Notes under the pieces: model-generated | What the model was told of the DNA's origin: nothing | Databases searched by the model: none | The model's input: only the letters and a program-made list of their open reading frames with translations | Made by a program: the position numbers and the translations under genes | Assembly (NCBI GenBank): GCA_022627495.1 | Contig: JAKEGJ010000016.1 | Span: 16,995-80,994, forward strand | DNA: 64,000 nucleotides | Direction of reading: 5' to 3' | DNA from: Candidatus Micrarchaeota archaeon | Lineage (GTDB): Archaea > Micrarchaeota > Micrarchaeia > Anstonellales > Bilamarchaeaceae | Shown here: piece after piece, positions 45,925-55,724 of the stretch | Numbering within the stretch: the first letter of the stretch is position 1 | Layout: the number at the start of each line of letters is the position of its first letter

Positions 45925-46382
45925 TTTCATCAAACTTCATCCGGCCAACGTCCGTACAGACGATTACATCAAGGCCCGGGCGGTTTCATGAAACGTTCCG
46001 GTCTCTTCAGGACGTCTTGGAATACTCGCCGATTATGCGCGCTGCGATTTCGCCCGCCTCGCTCCGGAAGGAGTAGCATGCGCCTGCGAACTCCGCGTCG
46101 CACGATTTGCACTCCCACCTTGCGGTGCCCCTGCGCACCACTTTCAGCTTGTGGCATTTCGGGCACTCATACTTGCTCTTCTTGGCCTTGATGGACTTGT
46201 CGACCATCTTCCGAATCGATGCCCCGTATCTCGCCGTATACATGAAAATTTCCTCCTTGCATACTTATGTCAAATTTTCATCAAACTTCCGAGCGAAATG
46301 CATTCGCATTTCGCTGGACCACAGAAACCGCCATGCGGTTTCTGCCGGTCATCCGTACAGACTCCGTACAGACGGTTTCATG
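45925..46382. repeat. Two copies of a short intergenic element flanking rpl37ae
   Basis: TTTCATCAAACTTC...CCGGYCA...TCCGTACAGAC...CGGTTTCATG at 45925-45990 and 46276-46382. Confidence 0.75.
46007..46243 (-). CDS. rpl37ae: 50S ribosomal protein L37ae (eL43)
   Basis: ARYGASIRK, CPKC...WECKSC..EFAG motifs. Confidence 0.93.
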   Translation of the reverse strand: MYTARYGASIRKMVDKSIKAKKSKYECPKCHKLKVVRRGTARWECKSCDAEFAGACYSFRSEAGEIAARIIGEYSKTS

Positions 46383-46397
46383 TCTCCATTAATGGGA

Positions 46398-47201
46398 CTA
46401 GCCCTTGAGAATATTCCTTATGTCGTCTCCTCTTTTAAAAGCTATGTCAATCGCCGTCATGAGCTCGTCCTTGCTCAAAGAGCCCTTCCCTTTCTGCATC
46501 GCGCAGACATGCTCTTCCGTGGTGCCGATTGTCAGGGCGGTCTCCAGCACGCGCTCCTCGTCTCGCGAGGGGTCGATTAGCCAGTTGTCCCCAACCTTTA
46601 TCATGGTCGTAGTGACCGGGAGCTTGGTCGGGTTCAGCATGCCGGTGTATTCGCCCCGGATGATTTTCCCGTTTTCTACTTTCGGCATCTTGGTGTCCAT
46701 CAGCGCTGCAGTCGCGGCGAGCGTTGCGGCATCCGTGAAGTTGCCGGCGTGGTTCATCACGTAGAGGTCCACATAAAGGCCGAGCACCTTGTCCTCCTCG
46801 ACAAAGAACGAGCCCAGGTCGACGCACTCTGCGCTGCGGAGCGCCCTGTCCACGACGCGCGCGACCTCTATCGAATCCTCGTTCGGCGGCCCGGGCTCGA
46901 AACCCGGCGACGCCAGCGGGAGCAGTTCGGAATTGGTCACCATCACGCCTTCCCTTGGCCTGTCCGCGAACGGCTTCACTATGTCGATTTTCGTGGCCAC
47001 AAGGACGAGCGTCTCGCCTATCTTTCCCATGGCCGAGCCTTCTGCGGTCTTTATCACGCCTTTCTGGACCTCTATGGGGCGGTATTCGTCGAACCTCCTG
47101 CCATCGAACCTCACGCCCTTTGCGAGCGTGCCGTTCATGATGTCCCTCCGGATATGCGACATTATTATGTCCTTGACTTCTTCACCCATTCGTATCACCA
47201 C
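46398..47201 (-). CDS. rrp42: Exosome subunit Rrp42
   Basis: RFDGR, AEGSA, FEPGPP, ARVVDR and MQK motifs. Confidence 0.95.
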   Translation of the reverse strand: MVIRMGEEVKDIIMSHIRRDIMNGTLAKGVRFDGRRFDEYRPIEVQKGVIKTAEGSAMGKIGETLVLVATKIDIVKPFADRPREGVMVTNSELLPLASPGFEPGPPNEDSIEVARVVDRALRSAECVDLGSFFVEEDKVLGLYVDLYVMNHAGNFTDAATLAATAALMDTKMPKVENGKIIRGEYTGMLNPTKLPVTTTMIKVGDNWLIDPSRDEERVLETALTIGTTEEHVCAMQKGKGSLSKDELMTAIDIAFKRGDDIRNILKG

Positions 47202-47953
47202 TTGAATGTTTCTCCCTCGCCCTTCTGGTAGAACCTCTTCAGGGCGTCTGCCTGCACTTCGTGCACCTTGTCACAGCCGCGCTCGGCCATCTCAAGAATC
47301 GTTGCGACCTCCTCCCTGGTGAGCAGGCCGTCCATCTGCACGAGGAGAAGCCTCTTGTCCCTGTGCGAAATGGCCAGGGGCATGTCGGACTGGCCGAAGT
47401 TGTCCTCAATCTTGTTGAGGTCCAGGGCGAGCATGCCGCCGGCCTTGCCCACAGCAACTGCCGATACCATGTCCTTCATCGGGATGCCTGCGTTCGCGAG
47501 CGCGACTGCCGCCACCGTGACCGACGCCGTCCTCGTTCCGCCGTCCGCCTGCAGGACGTCTATGTAAACGTCAATCTGGGTGTTCGGGAACTTCTCCGCG
47601 ATTATCAGGTTCTCGAAGACCTCCCTGATGACCTTGGACAGTTCGGTGCTTCTTCGCGAGGGGCCGCTCCTGCTGTGCTCCTCCAGCGATGCGAACGGAG
47701 ACATCATGTACCTGCACTTGATGAGCGCGTGGTACGGGCTCGCCCCGTGCCTCGGGATGCATTCCCTGGGCCCGTAGACGCCGCAGACTATCTTGTTCCC
47801 GCCCCATTCTATGTAAGCCGAGCCGTCTGCCTCAGGGATTACCCCTACCTCGACGCGCAGGGCGCGGAGGTCTTCCATGTCCCTGCCATCTGTTCTCCTT
47901 CCGTCTATTATCAGCGGTACCTTGCTTTCACTGCTGGCCATAGTTGTCACCAC
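47195..47953 (-). CDS. rrp41: Exosome exonuclease Rrp41
   Basis: RTDGR, ADGSAY, VYGPRE, QADGGTR and QMDG motifs. Confidence 0.96.
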   Translation of the reverse strand: MVTTMASSESKVPLIIDGRRTDGRDMEDLRALRVEVGVIPEADGSAYIEWGGNKIVCGVYGPRECIPRHGASPYHALIKCRYMMSPFASLEEHSRSGPSRRSTELSKVIREVFENLIIAEKFPNTQIDVYIDVLQADGGTRTASVTVAAVALANAGIPMKDMVSAVAVGKAGGMLALDLNKIEDNFGQSDMPLAISHRDKRLLLVQMDGLLTREEVATILEMAERGCDKVHEVQADALKRFYQKGEGETFKW

Positions 47954-48674
47954 TTGATTCAGATTCCGACTGCCCGCTTCCGTATCCGGTCTCTTCGCCG
48001 GATTCCCCCTGCCCGACTTCGGGCTCCATGCCCTCCTGGGGTTCGCCGCCTGCAGGCGTGCGGGGCTTGTCGCCGACCTGGCTCCGCAGGAAGTTCGCTA
48101 TCTCGTCGGTCAGGCCCGACTTGTGCGCCTTGCGCTCTATCATCGCTATCGCTTTCAGGAGGAGGGGCATGTCGCTTTTCTCGCTCATCCAGACGTAGCC
48201 GTTGTTGCCTACCATGATGTCCCCGCCGGTATAGTCCTTGAGGAGGCCTATCATGCTGCTCTTCTTGCCGATTAGCCTCGGGACTTTTGCGGACGGGAAT
48301 TCGATTATCTTCCCCTTGGGCAGCCTGCGGACCTCGCCCAAATCCACGTCCCCGACCTCATTCACCATCTTCACCCTGCAGATGACGAAATCGCCGAGCT
48401 GCAATGTGAGCCGGACGTCCCTTGTCGGGATGAAGCCGCCGTGGGGGAGGTTCAGCTCCACCTCATACCCCGCGTGGCGCACGTCGGTCACCATGCCGAC
48501 GACAACGTCGCCGACGGCCGGCCGGTAGCGGTTCTCCAGCGGGATGTACCTTCCTTCATCGTCCACCATGCCTATTACCGCGGCATATGTGACTGCCCCG
48601 TCGTAGTAAGTGTTCGGGGCGCTCAGCCTGCCCTCTGCGATTTTCTCGCCGGGCAATATGATTCTTCTTTCCAT
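47928..48674 (-). CDS. rrp4: Exosome RNA-binding protein Rrp4
   Basis: YRPAVGDVVVG (S1), KVPRLIGKKSSM (KH), GNNGYVW and AHKSGLTD motifs. Confidence 0.95.
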   Translation of the reverse strand: MERRIILPGEKIAEGRLSAPNTYYDGAVTYAAVIGMVDDEGRYIPLENRYRPAVGDVVVGMVTDVRHAGYEVELNLPHGGFIPTRDVRLTLQLGDFVICRVKMVNEVGDVDLGEVRRLPKGKIIEFPSAKVPRLIGKKSSMIGLLKDYTGGDIMVGNNGYVWMSEKSDMPLLLKAIAMIERKAHKSGLTDEIANFLRSQVGDKPRTPAGGEPQEGMEPEVGQGESGEETGYGSGQSESESSGDNYGQQ

Positions 48675-49053
48675 AAGAAAACCTCTTTGCGGCCCGCTCC
48701 CCGTATGGCGGGAATGTCCGGGCGCTAGTTTTTTCAAAACCAGGAATTAGCATCAGCTATCTTCCTTTCTGTCTCTCTTAACGACAAGATGATGGATGGA
48801 AAAGCTTAAAAACTGGGGCGCAAGCCCCGGCCCTTATCGCGCTCATCTTCCCTTCCACCGGTTATGGCAGGAAATGTTCCCCCCTCTAAGTCCGCTCGCC
48901 CCCGCCTCCCCTTTCAGCAATGGGGCGCGCCATATGCGCCCGATTCCTTAGGGGGCGATATCCAGCGCATTTTTGTCCAAAAATGTCCATTTCCTTCCAA
49001 AAATAAAACAAAATCCTTTTAATAGGTGAGCGGGGTGTCATAATGAGAGGCGG

Positions 49054-50790
49054 ATGCACTCTTCAGGTGTCATTATGGCTTTACCAAACAGGTCCGGAAG
49101 AAAGAATGCTGGGAATTTCTGTTCAATGTGTTCGAGAAGCGCGAACGGTTCGAGACTGAACACCCAAAATAGGACACTCAACACCTCTATGTCGAGAGGC
49201 AGTTTCCTCAGGGCCGCGGGCGCCGTCGTCGGTGGCGCGGCCGCTGGCGCGATTGGATTTGGGGGCGCAGCGCATGCCGGGCAGGCCCCGGGCGATTATG
49301 TAGCTCCGGAATATGTTGCTGGCGGCGGCATGAATTACAATGTGTGGCCGACCGGGAATCCTGCGGCGGATGTCCAAAACGTCCAGTTTTGCGTTGACAA
49401 CGTACGCGCCGGGGGAAAAGTGCAGCTGAAGAGCGTGGACAAATTCACGGGCATGCCAAAAGCGTTCGACTTTGGGGTCGGCCAGGGCGTAAATATAAAA
49501 AAGGACGTCAAAATCATCGGCGAAACAGACTTAAATGACAAAGGCGAATTATTACATGATGGGACTTACTTATTCCCAAATGGAACTCCGCTGACTAAAG
49601 TTATTGGGGGTCTTCTGCCATTCTATAACGAAGCGAAAGATGGCTATTATGTTCCATTTGAAGGGCCGGAAATCACAATCCAGGGAATTCATTTCACGCA
49701 ATCGAACGTCAATCCGATTGCAATACAATATTGCAAAAACGCAACTATTACTGGGAATAAGATTGATTATATTAAACCTGTACCGCTTCCTGGAACAAAT
49801 TATGCAGTTGGCGGTGGGATTTACGTTGGCACCTGGACACATTTAGATATCGGCTCGCCCGGGTTACAGGTTGGCGGAGCGATTGGCAATATTACGGTAA
49901 CCAATAATTTGGTTGATTGCTTGACTGATACTCCGGTGAAAGACGCAATAATTGGGATAATGTTTATCGGCACAACCAACATTACCGGACATATCAGCCA
50001 TAATAAAGTGATAAACGTTGCGCGAAACGGCGTCGAGTCAATCGATAATATAAATGCGGTTACTGACGAATATCCGGGGGGTTTTTCTTCGCATGTTACC
50101 ATCGAATACAATACGGTAATATCGGATACCGTCGGAAACGATTTTTACGGCACAGTGTCACCAAATTGCATAGTCACAGGCATGAGTCAATATCCGTATC
50201 AAGAAAGTACCGAGTATTTCGTCTTGAACAACAAAATTGATATGAATGGAACGAATCTATCCCAGTTCGGCATTTTGGCTATGGCGAACAAGGCAACGAT
50301 AGAAAATAATGAAATCTTCATGCCCGGTCAAAGTTATGGTGGATTAGGTATAGGCCTTCTTGGGGCGTCAAATTGTGAAGTTAGACACAATACATTGAAA
50401 ACCGAATTGAATGGTACCGGATTTCCTGCCGGGCTTGGCGTGTACCTTGGACCTTTTGCTAATAATTATCCCCCTTATTTCTTTCCATGCACAGGCAATC
50501 TCATTGAAAATAATACGTTTGATGCACCGCCAATATGGTACCCAATACCACAACCTCCCTACTATGCACAGATAAGTTTCATGGCGTATATCGATAAACC
50601 ATTGTGGGGTACTGACTGCCAAGTATACAATAACACATTCAGCGGGGTGAACAACCAGATGCCAGGTGTTCTTTATGGCATAGTATCCTGCCAAGAGGCG
50701 GTGCGAGGTTGTACACAGCTTGGCTGCCCGGGCATGGACCTGAAGAATACTTACGTATTCCCCTTCGGTGTAGGTCCCGGGTGCTTCTGA
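49054..50790 (+). CDS. Exported parallel beta-helix repeat protein (AT-rich; start uncertain, possibly 49189)
   Basis: Repeated I-x-x-N-x-I motifs (ITGNKI, VTNNLV, ISHNKV, IEYNTV, IENNEI); Tat-like leader SRGSFLR...AHA. Confidence 0.72.
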   Translation: MHSSGVIMALPNRSGRKNAGNFCSMCSRSANGSRLNTQNRTLNTSMSRGSFLRAAGAVVGGAAAGAIGFGGAAHAGQAPGDYVAPEYVAGGGMNYNVWPTGNPAADVQNVQFCVDNVRAGGKVQLKSVDKFTGMPKAFDFGVGQGVNIKKDVKIIGETDLNDKGELLHDGTYLFPNGTPLTKVIGGLLPFYNEAKDGYYVPFEGPEITIQGIHFTQSNVNPIAIQYCKNATITGNKIDYIKPVPLPGTNYAVGGGIYVGTWTHLDIGSPGLQVGGAIGNITVTNNLVDCLTDTPVKDAIIGIMFIGTTNITGHISHNKVINVARNGVESIDNINAVTDEYPGGFSSHVTIEYNTVISDTVGNDFYGTVSPNCIVTGMSQYPYQESTEYFVLNNKIDMNGTNLSQFGILAMANKATIENNEIFMPGQSYGGLGIGLLGASNCEVRHNTLKTELNGTGFPAGLGVYLGPFANNYPPYFFPCTGNLIENNTFDAPPIWYPIPQPPYYAQISFMAYIDKPLWGTDCQVYNNTFSGVNNQMPGVLYGIVSCQEAVRGCTQLGCPGMDLKNTYVFPFGVGPGCF

Positions 50791-51315
50791 AACCCAACCT
50801 TGAATTTTTTTCTTTTAAAAGTTTAGCCGATAAAAATTTGTCGGCTTTTCTTCTTTTTCCCTTCGTGCGCGGCGAATGCGCCTTTCCTTCCTCATAGAGC
50901 GCTGAATTGCGCAGAAGATGCGTGCAGGCCCCTTAGAGCCACCCTGCAGGGGCAGGCTCAAAACCGCCTTGGACTGGCCGGGTTATGCTGCCTTGATTGC
51001 CGGGCGGCCTCTTTACCGGAAAGAGCCAATGCGCAAGGCAATGCCTAAGGGCATAAGGCCTGCATTTGGATGATGGCAGCCGGATGGGCCATGATGCTGG
51101 CGCATGGGCTCTGCCAGGGGCTGAAACGTCCTGGCCTGCTCACCACTAAGAAGTAAATTATGATATACAAAAATGTAACATTTATGATAACTTTATTTTT
51201 CAATAATGGTATGTTTATAACTGCTGGCGCTTGCATACCTCGGACGAGCTTTTCATGTCCAGATTCAAAGCCACCCGCCCGCAGTTAATAAATCGTTTCT
51301 TCTGGTTGCTATTTT

Positions 51316-52551
51316 CTAGCAATGGGCTGAAACGTGCCTCTTCGATGCCAGCATCCATTTCCAGGCGGGGACAACCGTAATCTTCCTTCCATCCAGGACA
51401 AAATGATCCTCCTGGTCGAACGTCAGTATCAGCCCCTCCTTAAGGTCGAACTCATTTAGCGCTTCAAGGAGCCCGCTGACCTCGCGCTGCTTGTTGTCTT
51501 CAGTCAGCTTGTAGCAGGCCTGGAATGCAGCCGAAATCCTGTCCCTGTCCTTCACCACGAAATCGCACTCCCCCTTTCCCTTGTAGTAGAATATGTCGCG
51601 GCAGTGCCTGCGCAGGTGGAGGAAAACTGCATTTTCCAGAAGACGGCCCTCATCATTGGAGAACGACGCCGAGTTGGCTTTTGCAAGGCCGTTGTCTATG
51701 CAGTAAACCTTCTTCGGATTGACGAGCTGCTTCCTGAGCGAGTAGGCGAATTTCGGAACCGCAAAGACCAGGTACGCATCTTCAAAGAATGACACATAGG
51801 ACGCCGCAGTCGTAGTGGACAGGCTGAACGTCTGCCCGATTTTGTTGTAGGTGAACTCCCTGGCAGTGTTTGTGAGGAGGTATACCGCGAGCTCCTTTAC
51901 TGTTTTCGTGTCCCTGAGCTTGTGGCGCACCACGATGTCGCGCTCGATCACATCGTTGAGGAGCTCGCGCAGGCTTTCAGCCTTGCCATAGCGAAGGTAA
52001 GCCGGAAAACCCCCCTCCCCCAGGTATGTTGCAAGGGATGCAGGGCCTGCCTTGGCTTTCCGCAATGAAAGCGCTTCGCCAAAGGAGAACGGGAAAAGCT
52101 CCTCCCGCAAGTGCCTTCCGGTAAGCCGGGTCCCAAGCTCTTTGCTCAGGAGCGAGGCGTTCGAACCGGTCAGCACGAACCGCTTGCCCCTGTCCAGGCC
52201 GGTCCTGACAAAAAGCTCCCACCTCTCCACATTCTGCACTTCATCGAAAAAATAGCAGTCGGAATCGCCGAACTCCTCATGGAATACCTCGTCAAGCTTC
52301 TGGAAATCCGATACTTCAAAGCCGGCGACCTGCGAATCATCAAAATTGAAATAATAAAACCGGCCTGTTTTTTTTGCAATCTGCCTTAGAAGCGTGCTCT
52401 TTCCGCATCTGCGGATGCCGGATAACACAACCGCATATGGCGTCTCGAGGTCTATCCTTCCCAACTCCTCCCTCTCAAGGCCGTAATCAACGGATGCAAG
52501 CTCTTCCATCTGGTCCCTGGCAATCCCGCGGAGCGTTTCCTTCAGCAACAT
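51316..52551 (-). CDS. AAA_14 / DUF4143 ATP-binding protein
   Basis: GIRRCGKS, FDEVQ, TGSNASLL, LTGR, GGFP, KVYCIDNG and ECDF motifs. Confidence 0.92.
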   Translation of the reverse strand: MLLKETLRGIARDQMEELASVDYGLEREELGRIDLETPYAVVLSGIRRCGKSTLLRQIAKKTGRFYYFNFDDSQVAGFEVSDFQKLDEVFHEEFGDSDCYFFDEVQNVERWELFVRTGLDRGKRFVLTGSNASLLSKELGTRLTGRHLREELFPFSFGEALSLRKAKAGPASLATYLGEGGFPAYLRYGKAESLRELLNDVIERDIVVRHKLRDTKTVKELAVYLLTNTAREFTYNKIGQTFSLSTTTAASYVSFFEDAYLVFAVPKFAYSLRKQLVNPKKVYCIDNGLAKANSASFSNDEGRLLENAVFLHLRRHCRDIFYYKGKGECDFVVKDRDRISAAFQACYKLTEDNKQREVSGLLEALNEFDLKEGLILTFDQEDHFVLDGRKITVVPAWKWMLASKRHVSAHC

Positions 52552-52668
52552 GATGCCGTTATGCATTGAAAAGAATATAATTGTTTCCATTTAGGATGGA
52601 CAAGATTATCCATTCATAATGGACGCATTTATGAGGCCCTTTTGGATTATATGGATTTGTCGAAAAAA

Positions 52669-53364
52669 TCAGCCCGATAGCACCTTGGTCTCGACCGAGC
52701 CTGCGGTCAGCTTGTTTATCTTGTCGTAGAACTCGCCCTGCATCCCGCCGAATATCTCGACGACAACTACAAGGTCCCCGCTGCCGAGCCACTGCTCCTT
52801 CTCGATGCCGTAGTTCTTCAGGGTGCCGTAGCACTTGTGCGCATACGCCGCGGGCACCTTGACCGCGATTTTCATCTTCTCGAACTTCATCGGCAGGATG
52901 GGGCGCAGTTCCTTCACCACTTCCTCCATCTGCTCGCGCGGGTCCTTGAACGGGTCGATATGTATCCTCGCCTGCTCCATCGCCTGCTCGAGGCGTATCT
53001 GGGTGTGCGGGGCCTTCGTGCGCGGGTCTATGGCCTCGCGCAGGAGTATCGCGACCACCTGCTTGCGCTTCTCCTCCACCTTCTTGCGCCTCTGCTCGGT
53101 CGTGAGCTGGACCTCCCCGTTTTTGAGTATGAACTCCAGTATGGCCATGATGTCCGTGGTGTGGAATACCTTCTGCACGTCCGCGGCCTTCGCCTTCTCG
53201 CCCTTCTTCGCGTCCTCGTAAATCTCCTCGGCGACGAGGATGTTCTTGACGTCCGGCTTGCGCTTCTCCACGAACGCGTACGCCGCGTCCGGGTCCACGT
53301 AAATCTCGAACCTCTTGCCGTCCCTTTCATACGATGCGATGATAGCTCGGTCAAGCGTTGTCAT
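52669..53364 (-). CDS. Ribosome maturation factor SBDS/Sdo1
   Basis: RFEIYVDP, GEVQLTTEQRR and DPRTKAPH motifs. Confidence 0.95.
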   Translation of the reverse strand: MTTLDRAIIASYERDGKRFEIYVDPDAAYAFVEKRKPDVKNILVAEEIYEDAKKGEKAKAADVQKVFHTTDIMAILEFILKNGEVQLTTEQRRKKVEEKRKQVVAILLREAIDPRTKAPHTQIRLEQAMEQARIHIDPFKDPREQMEEVVKELRPILPMKFEKMKIAVKVPAAYAHKCYGTLKNYGIEKEQWLGSGDLVVVVEIFGGMQGEFYDKINKLTAGSVETKVLSG

Positions 53365-53505
53365 GAAATCAGCCGCTAGGAATACCACGCGAATATTTTT
53401 ATCTGCGCATGGCGGGGCTGCCCGGGTCGGAAGGATTCAAAAGAATTAAATATAACATTCGCGAATTGATTTTATCATTTTTTTTACAACCAGAGAGGTG
53501 ATTTA

Positions 53506-54414
53506 TTGTCGGAGAAAGAATCGAACACAGTTACATTCAGCAAGGACATGTTGTATGGCATCCTAATTATGGGATTGGCGGCACTGCTTGTCATATCGAC
53601 GATGACGCAGGGATTCGGCCTGGTGAAGGGCCCGGCAACCGAGTGCCCCGTGTGCCAGAACTGCACCGGCAACGCATCCGGCAACACAACCGGCAATACG
53701 GCCGGGAACGCATCCCTCAAAACGATGCAGGTGCCATCCATGCTCTCGCAGTCGCCCCTCATGGGCTCTGCATCCAGCAAGGTCACGGTGGTGGAATTCT
53801 CAGACTTCCAGTGCCCGTTCTGCGGGATGACATACGGCTCCCCGTGGGCGGAGGCTTACGCTTCCCAATACGGCCCCATAATCGGGACTGTCGCGAAAAT
53901 CGAGGATGATTATGTCGCGGCTGGCAAAGCTGCATTGAGGCACTACCCCGTCGCGTTCCTCGGCCAGGAGTCGATATACGCATCGAACGCGGCCATGTGC
54001 GCGAACGCCCAGGGCAAGTACTGGGAGATGCACGACGCGATATTCGACAACCAGACTCCTGAGGAGAACGACGGCAAGTACTCGAAAGCGAACCTCAAGG
54101 TTCTCGCCTCCGGAATCAGCGGCCTTGATGCAGCTGCATTCTCGTCATGCGTCGATGGCGACACCTATGCGGACACCGTCGATGGCTTCACGAGCGACTG
54201 GCAGACCGTATCGGCAGCCAATGTCGGCAGGGCCGGCACGCCGACCTTCTACATCCTTGTCGATGCGGCGAAGGTGGGCAAGGACAAGGTGAAATCCGCG
54301 GCCGAAGGGGCTGGCTTCGACTGGGGCCTCTCATCAGACGGCAAGACGTATGTTATTGTCGCGAGCCCCGAGTACGCCAAAATCAAGCTGGCCATCGACG
54401 CCCTGCTCGCGTGA
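53506..54414 (+). CDS. DsbA/BdbD-like thiol-disulfide oxidoreductase
   Basis: N-terminal TM, EFSDFQCPFC, QGKYWEMHD and GTPTF motifs; TTG start. Confidence 0.9.
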   Translation: MSEKESNTVTFSKDMLYGILIMGLAALLVISTMTQGFGLVKGPATECPVCQNCTGNASGNTTGNTAGNASLKTMQVPSMLSQSPLMGSASSKVTVVEFSDFQCPFCGMTYGSPWAEAYASQYGPIIGTVAKIEDDYVAAGKAALRHYPVAFLGQESIYASNAAMCANAQGKYWEMHDAIFDNQTPEENDGKYSKANLKVLASGISGLDAAAFSSCVDGDTYADTVDGFTSDWQTVSAANVGRAGTPTFYILVDAAKVGKDKVKSAAEGAGFDWGLSSDGKTYVIVASPEYAKIKLAIDALLA

Positions 54415-54483
54415 TTTTTTCCTTTCCATTTTTCTTCTTTTTCCATTTTTCCCGTTTTTCTCATTCTATCGCCCGTTTTTTTC
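54415..54483 (+). terminator. Pyrimidine/T-rich archaeal terminator tract
   Basis: Repeated T-runs immediately after the stop codon. Confidence 0.55.
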
Positions 54484-54543
54484 CGGATTCGGCTTCCGCA
54501 GGCTACAGAACACTATAAATACTCATTCGCCGGATAACAAATC

Positions 54544-55695
54544 ATGAAATTGATGACAATATTTGCGGTTCTGTTAGTTCTTGGTTTTTGTTTTTCAGGT
54601 ACTTTTACCCCCCAACCCCAGCCTTCGGAAGATGACGACCCGCAGTACAGCATGCAGGTCGCAATCAGCCCGTCCTGCGACGGGAATGCCGTAAGCGTCA
54701 TGGCCAAAGGCGAAAACCTCTCCGGCGCGCATGTGTCGGTCAAGGACGTCTCAAACGCCAACCTCGTGGCATGGGGCGATACGGGCGCGGACGGCACGTT
54801 CGTTTTCAATGCCTGCGGGATGAAGGTGGATGTCAAGGTGACGAGCGAGGACTACGATTCCCAGGTGCTCACCCAGCAGCTGGTGGACTGCGGCCAGTGC
54901 GGCGCGCCCGAACCGGAATGCACCGAGAGCGGGCAGTGCGCTGCAGCGGCAGCGTGCGTGGATGGCGCGTGCGAGCCCATACCGTGCGAATGCGGCAAGG
55001 TGGAAAACCACCAGTGCGTCCGATACGCCTGCTGTTCGGATTCCCAGTGCCTTTCCACGCAGTCCTGCGTGGACCATTCCTGCGTGGAGAAGCCTCCGGC
55101 GGAGGAAGGATGCAGCCAGGACGGGGATTGCACGCAGACGCAGTACTGCGCCATACCAGCCACCCACAACACCGGCTCCTGCGAGGATGTGGTCGACGAG
55201 GGCTGCGGCCAGATACTGAACCACACGTTCGCGGCTTACGGCTATGAATGCGGCACCGAAAAAGGGTGCCCGTCCTGCCAGGCAGGATACGAGTGCAGAA
55301 ACCACAAGTGCGTTCAGAACAACGTGGCCTGCCCGGCATCGGGCGTCGTAGGGGCCAGCCCGGCATGCGACGCAAGCGAGAACGGCCAGCCGTGCGCGAA
55401 CTGCGATTACGTGGTGACTGACCCGTCAGGACAGAACAGCACGGGCAGGACCGACCAGAACGGCACCTTCACCTTCCCGCTCAACCTCCCCGGCACCTAC
55501 CGGGTAGCCCTCCTGAAAGACGGGCAGGCTGTGAAGATAATAGAGGTCAAGTCGATGCCGAAAGCGCAGGGCGAGGAAACGGAGAAGCCGACCGGCGCAA
55601 GCTCGGACATGACCCCCATCATCGTGGGCGTCTTGCTCCTCCTGCTGCTTGCCGGGGCCATCCTCTTCTGGAAGTCCCGCGCGGCAAAGAAGTGA
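54544..55695 (+). CDS. Cys-rich surface protein with C-terminal membrane anchor
   Basis: Signal peptide, repeated C-x4-C-x5-C-x4-C modules, two TxxxG-F prealbumin-like segments, C-terminal TM plus basic tail. Confidence 0.82.
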   Translation: MKLMTIFAVLLVLGFCFSGTFTPQPQPSEDDDPQYSMQVAISPSCDGNAVSVMAKGENLSGAHVSVKDVSNANLVAWGDTGADGTFVFNACGMKVDVKVTSEDYDSQVLTQQLVDCGQCGAPEPECTESGQCAAAAACVDGACEPIPCECGKVENHQCVRYACCSDSQCLSTQSCVDHSCVEKPPAEEGCSQDGDCTQTQYCAIPATHNTGSCEDVVDEGCGQILNHTFAAYGYECGTEKGCPSCQAGYECRNHKCVQNNVACPASGVVGASPACDASENGQPCANCDYVVTDPSGQNSTGRTDQNGTFTFPLNLPGTYRVALLKDGQAVKIIEVKSMPKAQGEETEKPTGASSDMTPIIVGVLLLLLLAGAILFWKSRAAKK

Positions 55696-55724
55696 TTTCG
55701 TTTATTTTTTTTATTCTCATTTTT

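Noticed and set aside
51118..51335. 12-nt direct repeat GGGCTGAAACGT as a target-site duplication
   Set aside because: Encloses only about 200 bp with no element ends, and one copy is inside the ATPase 3' end; insufficient support.
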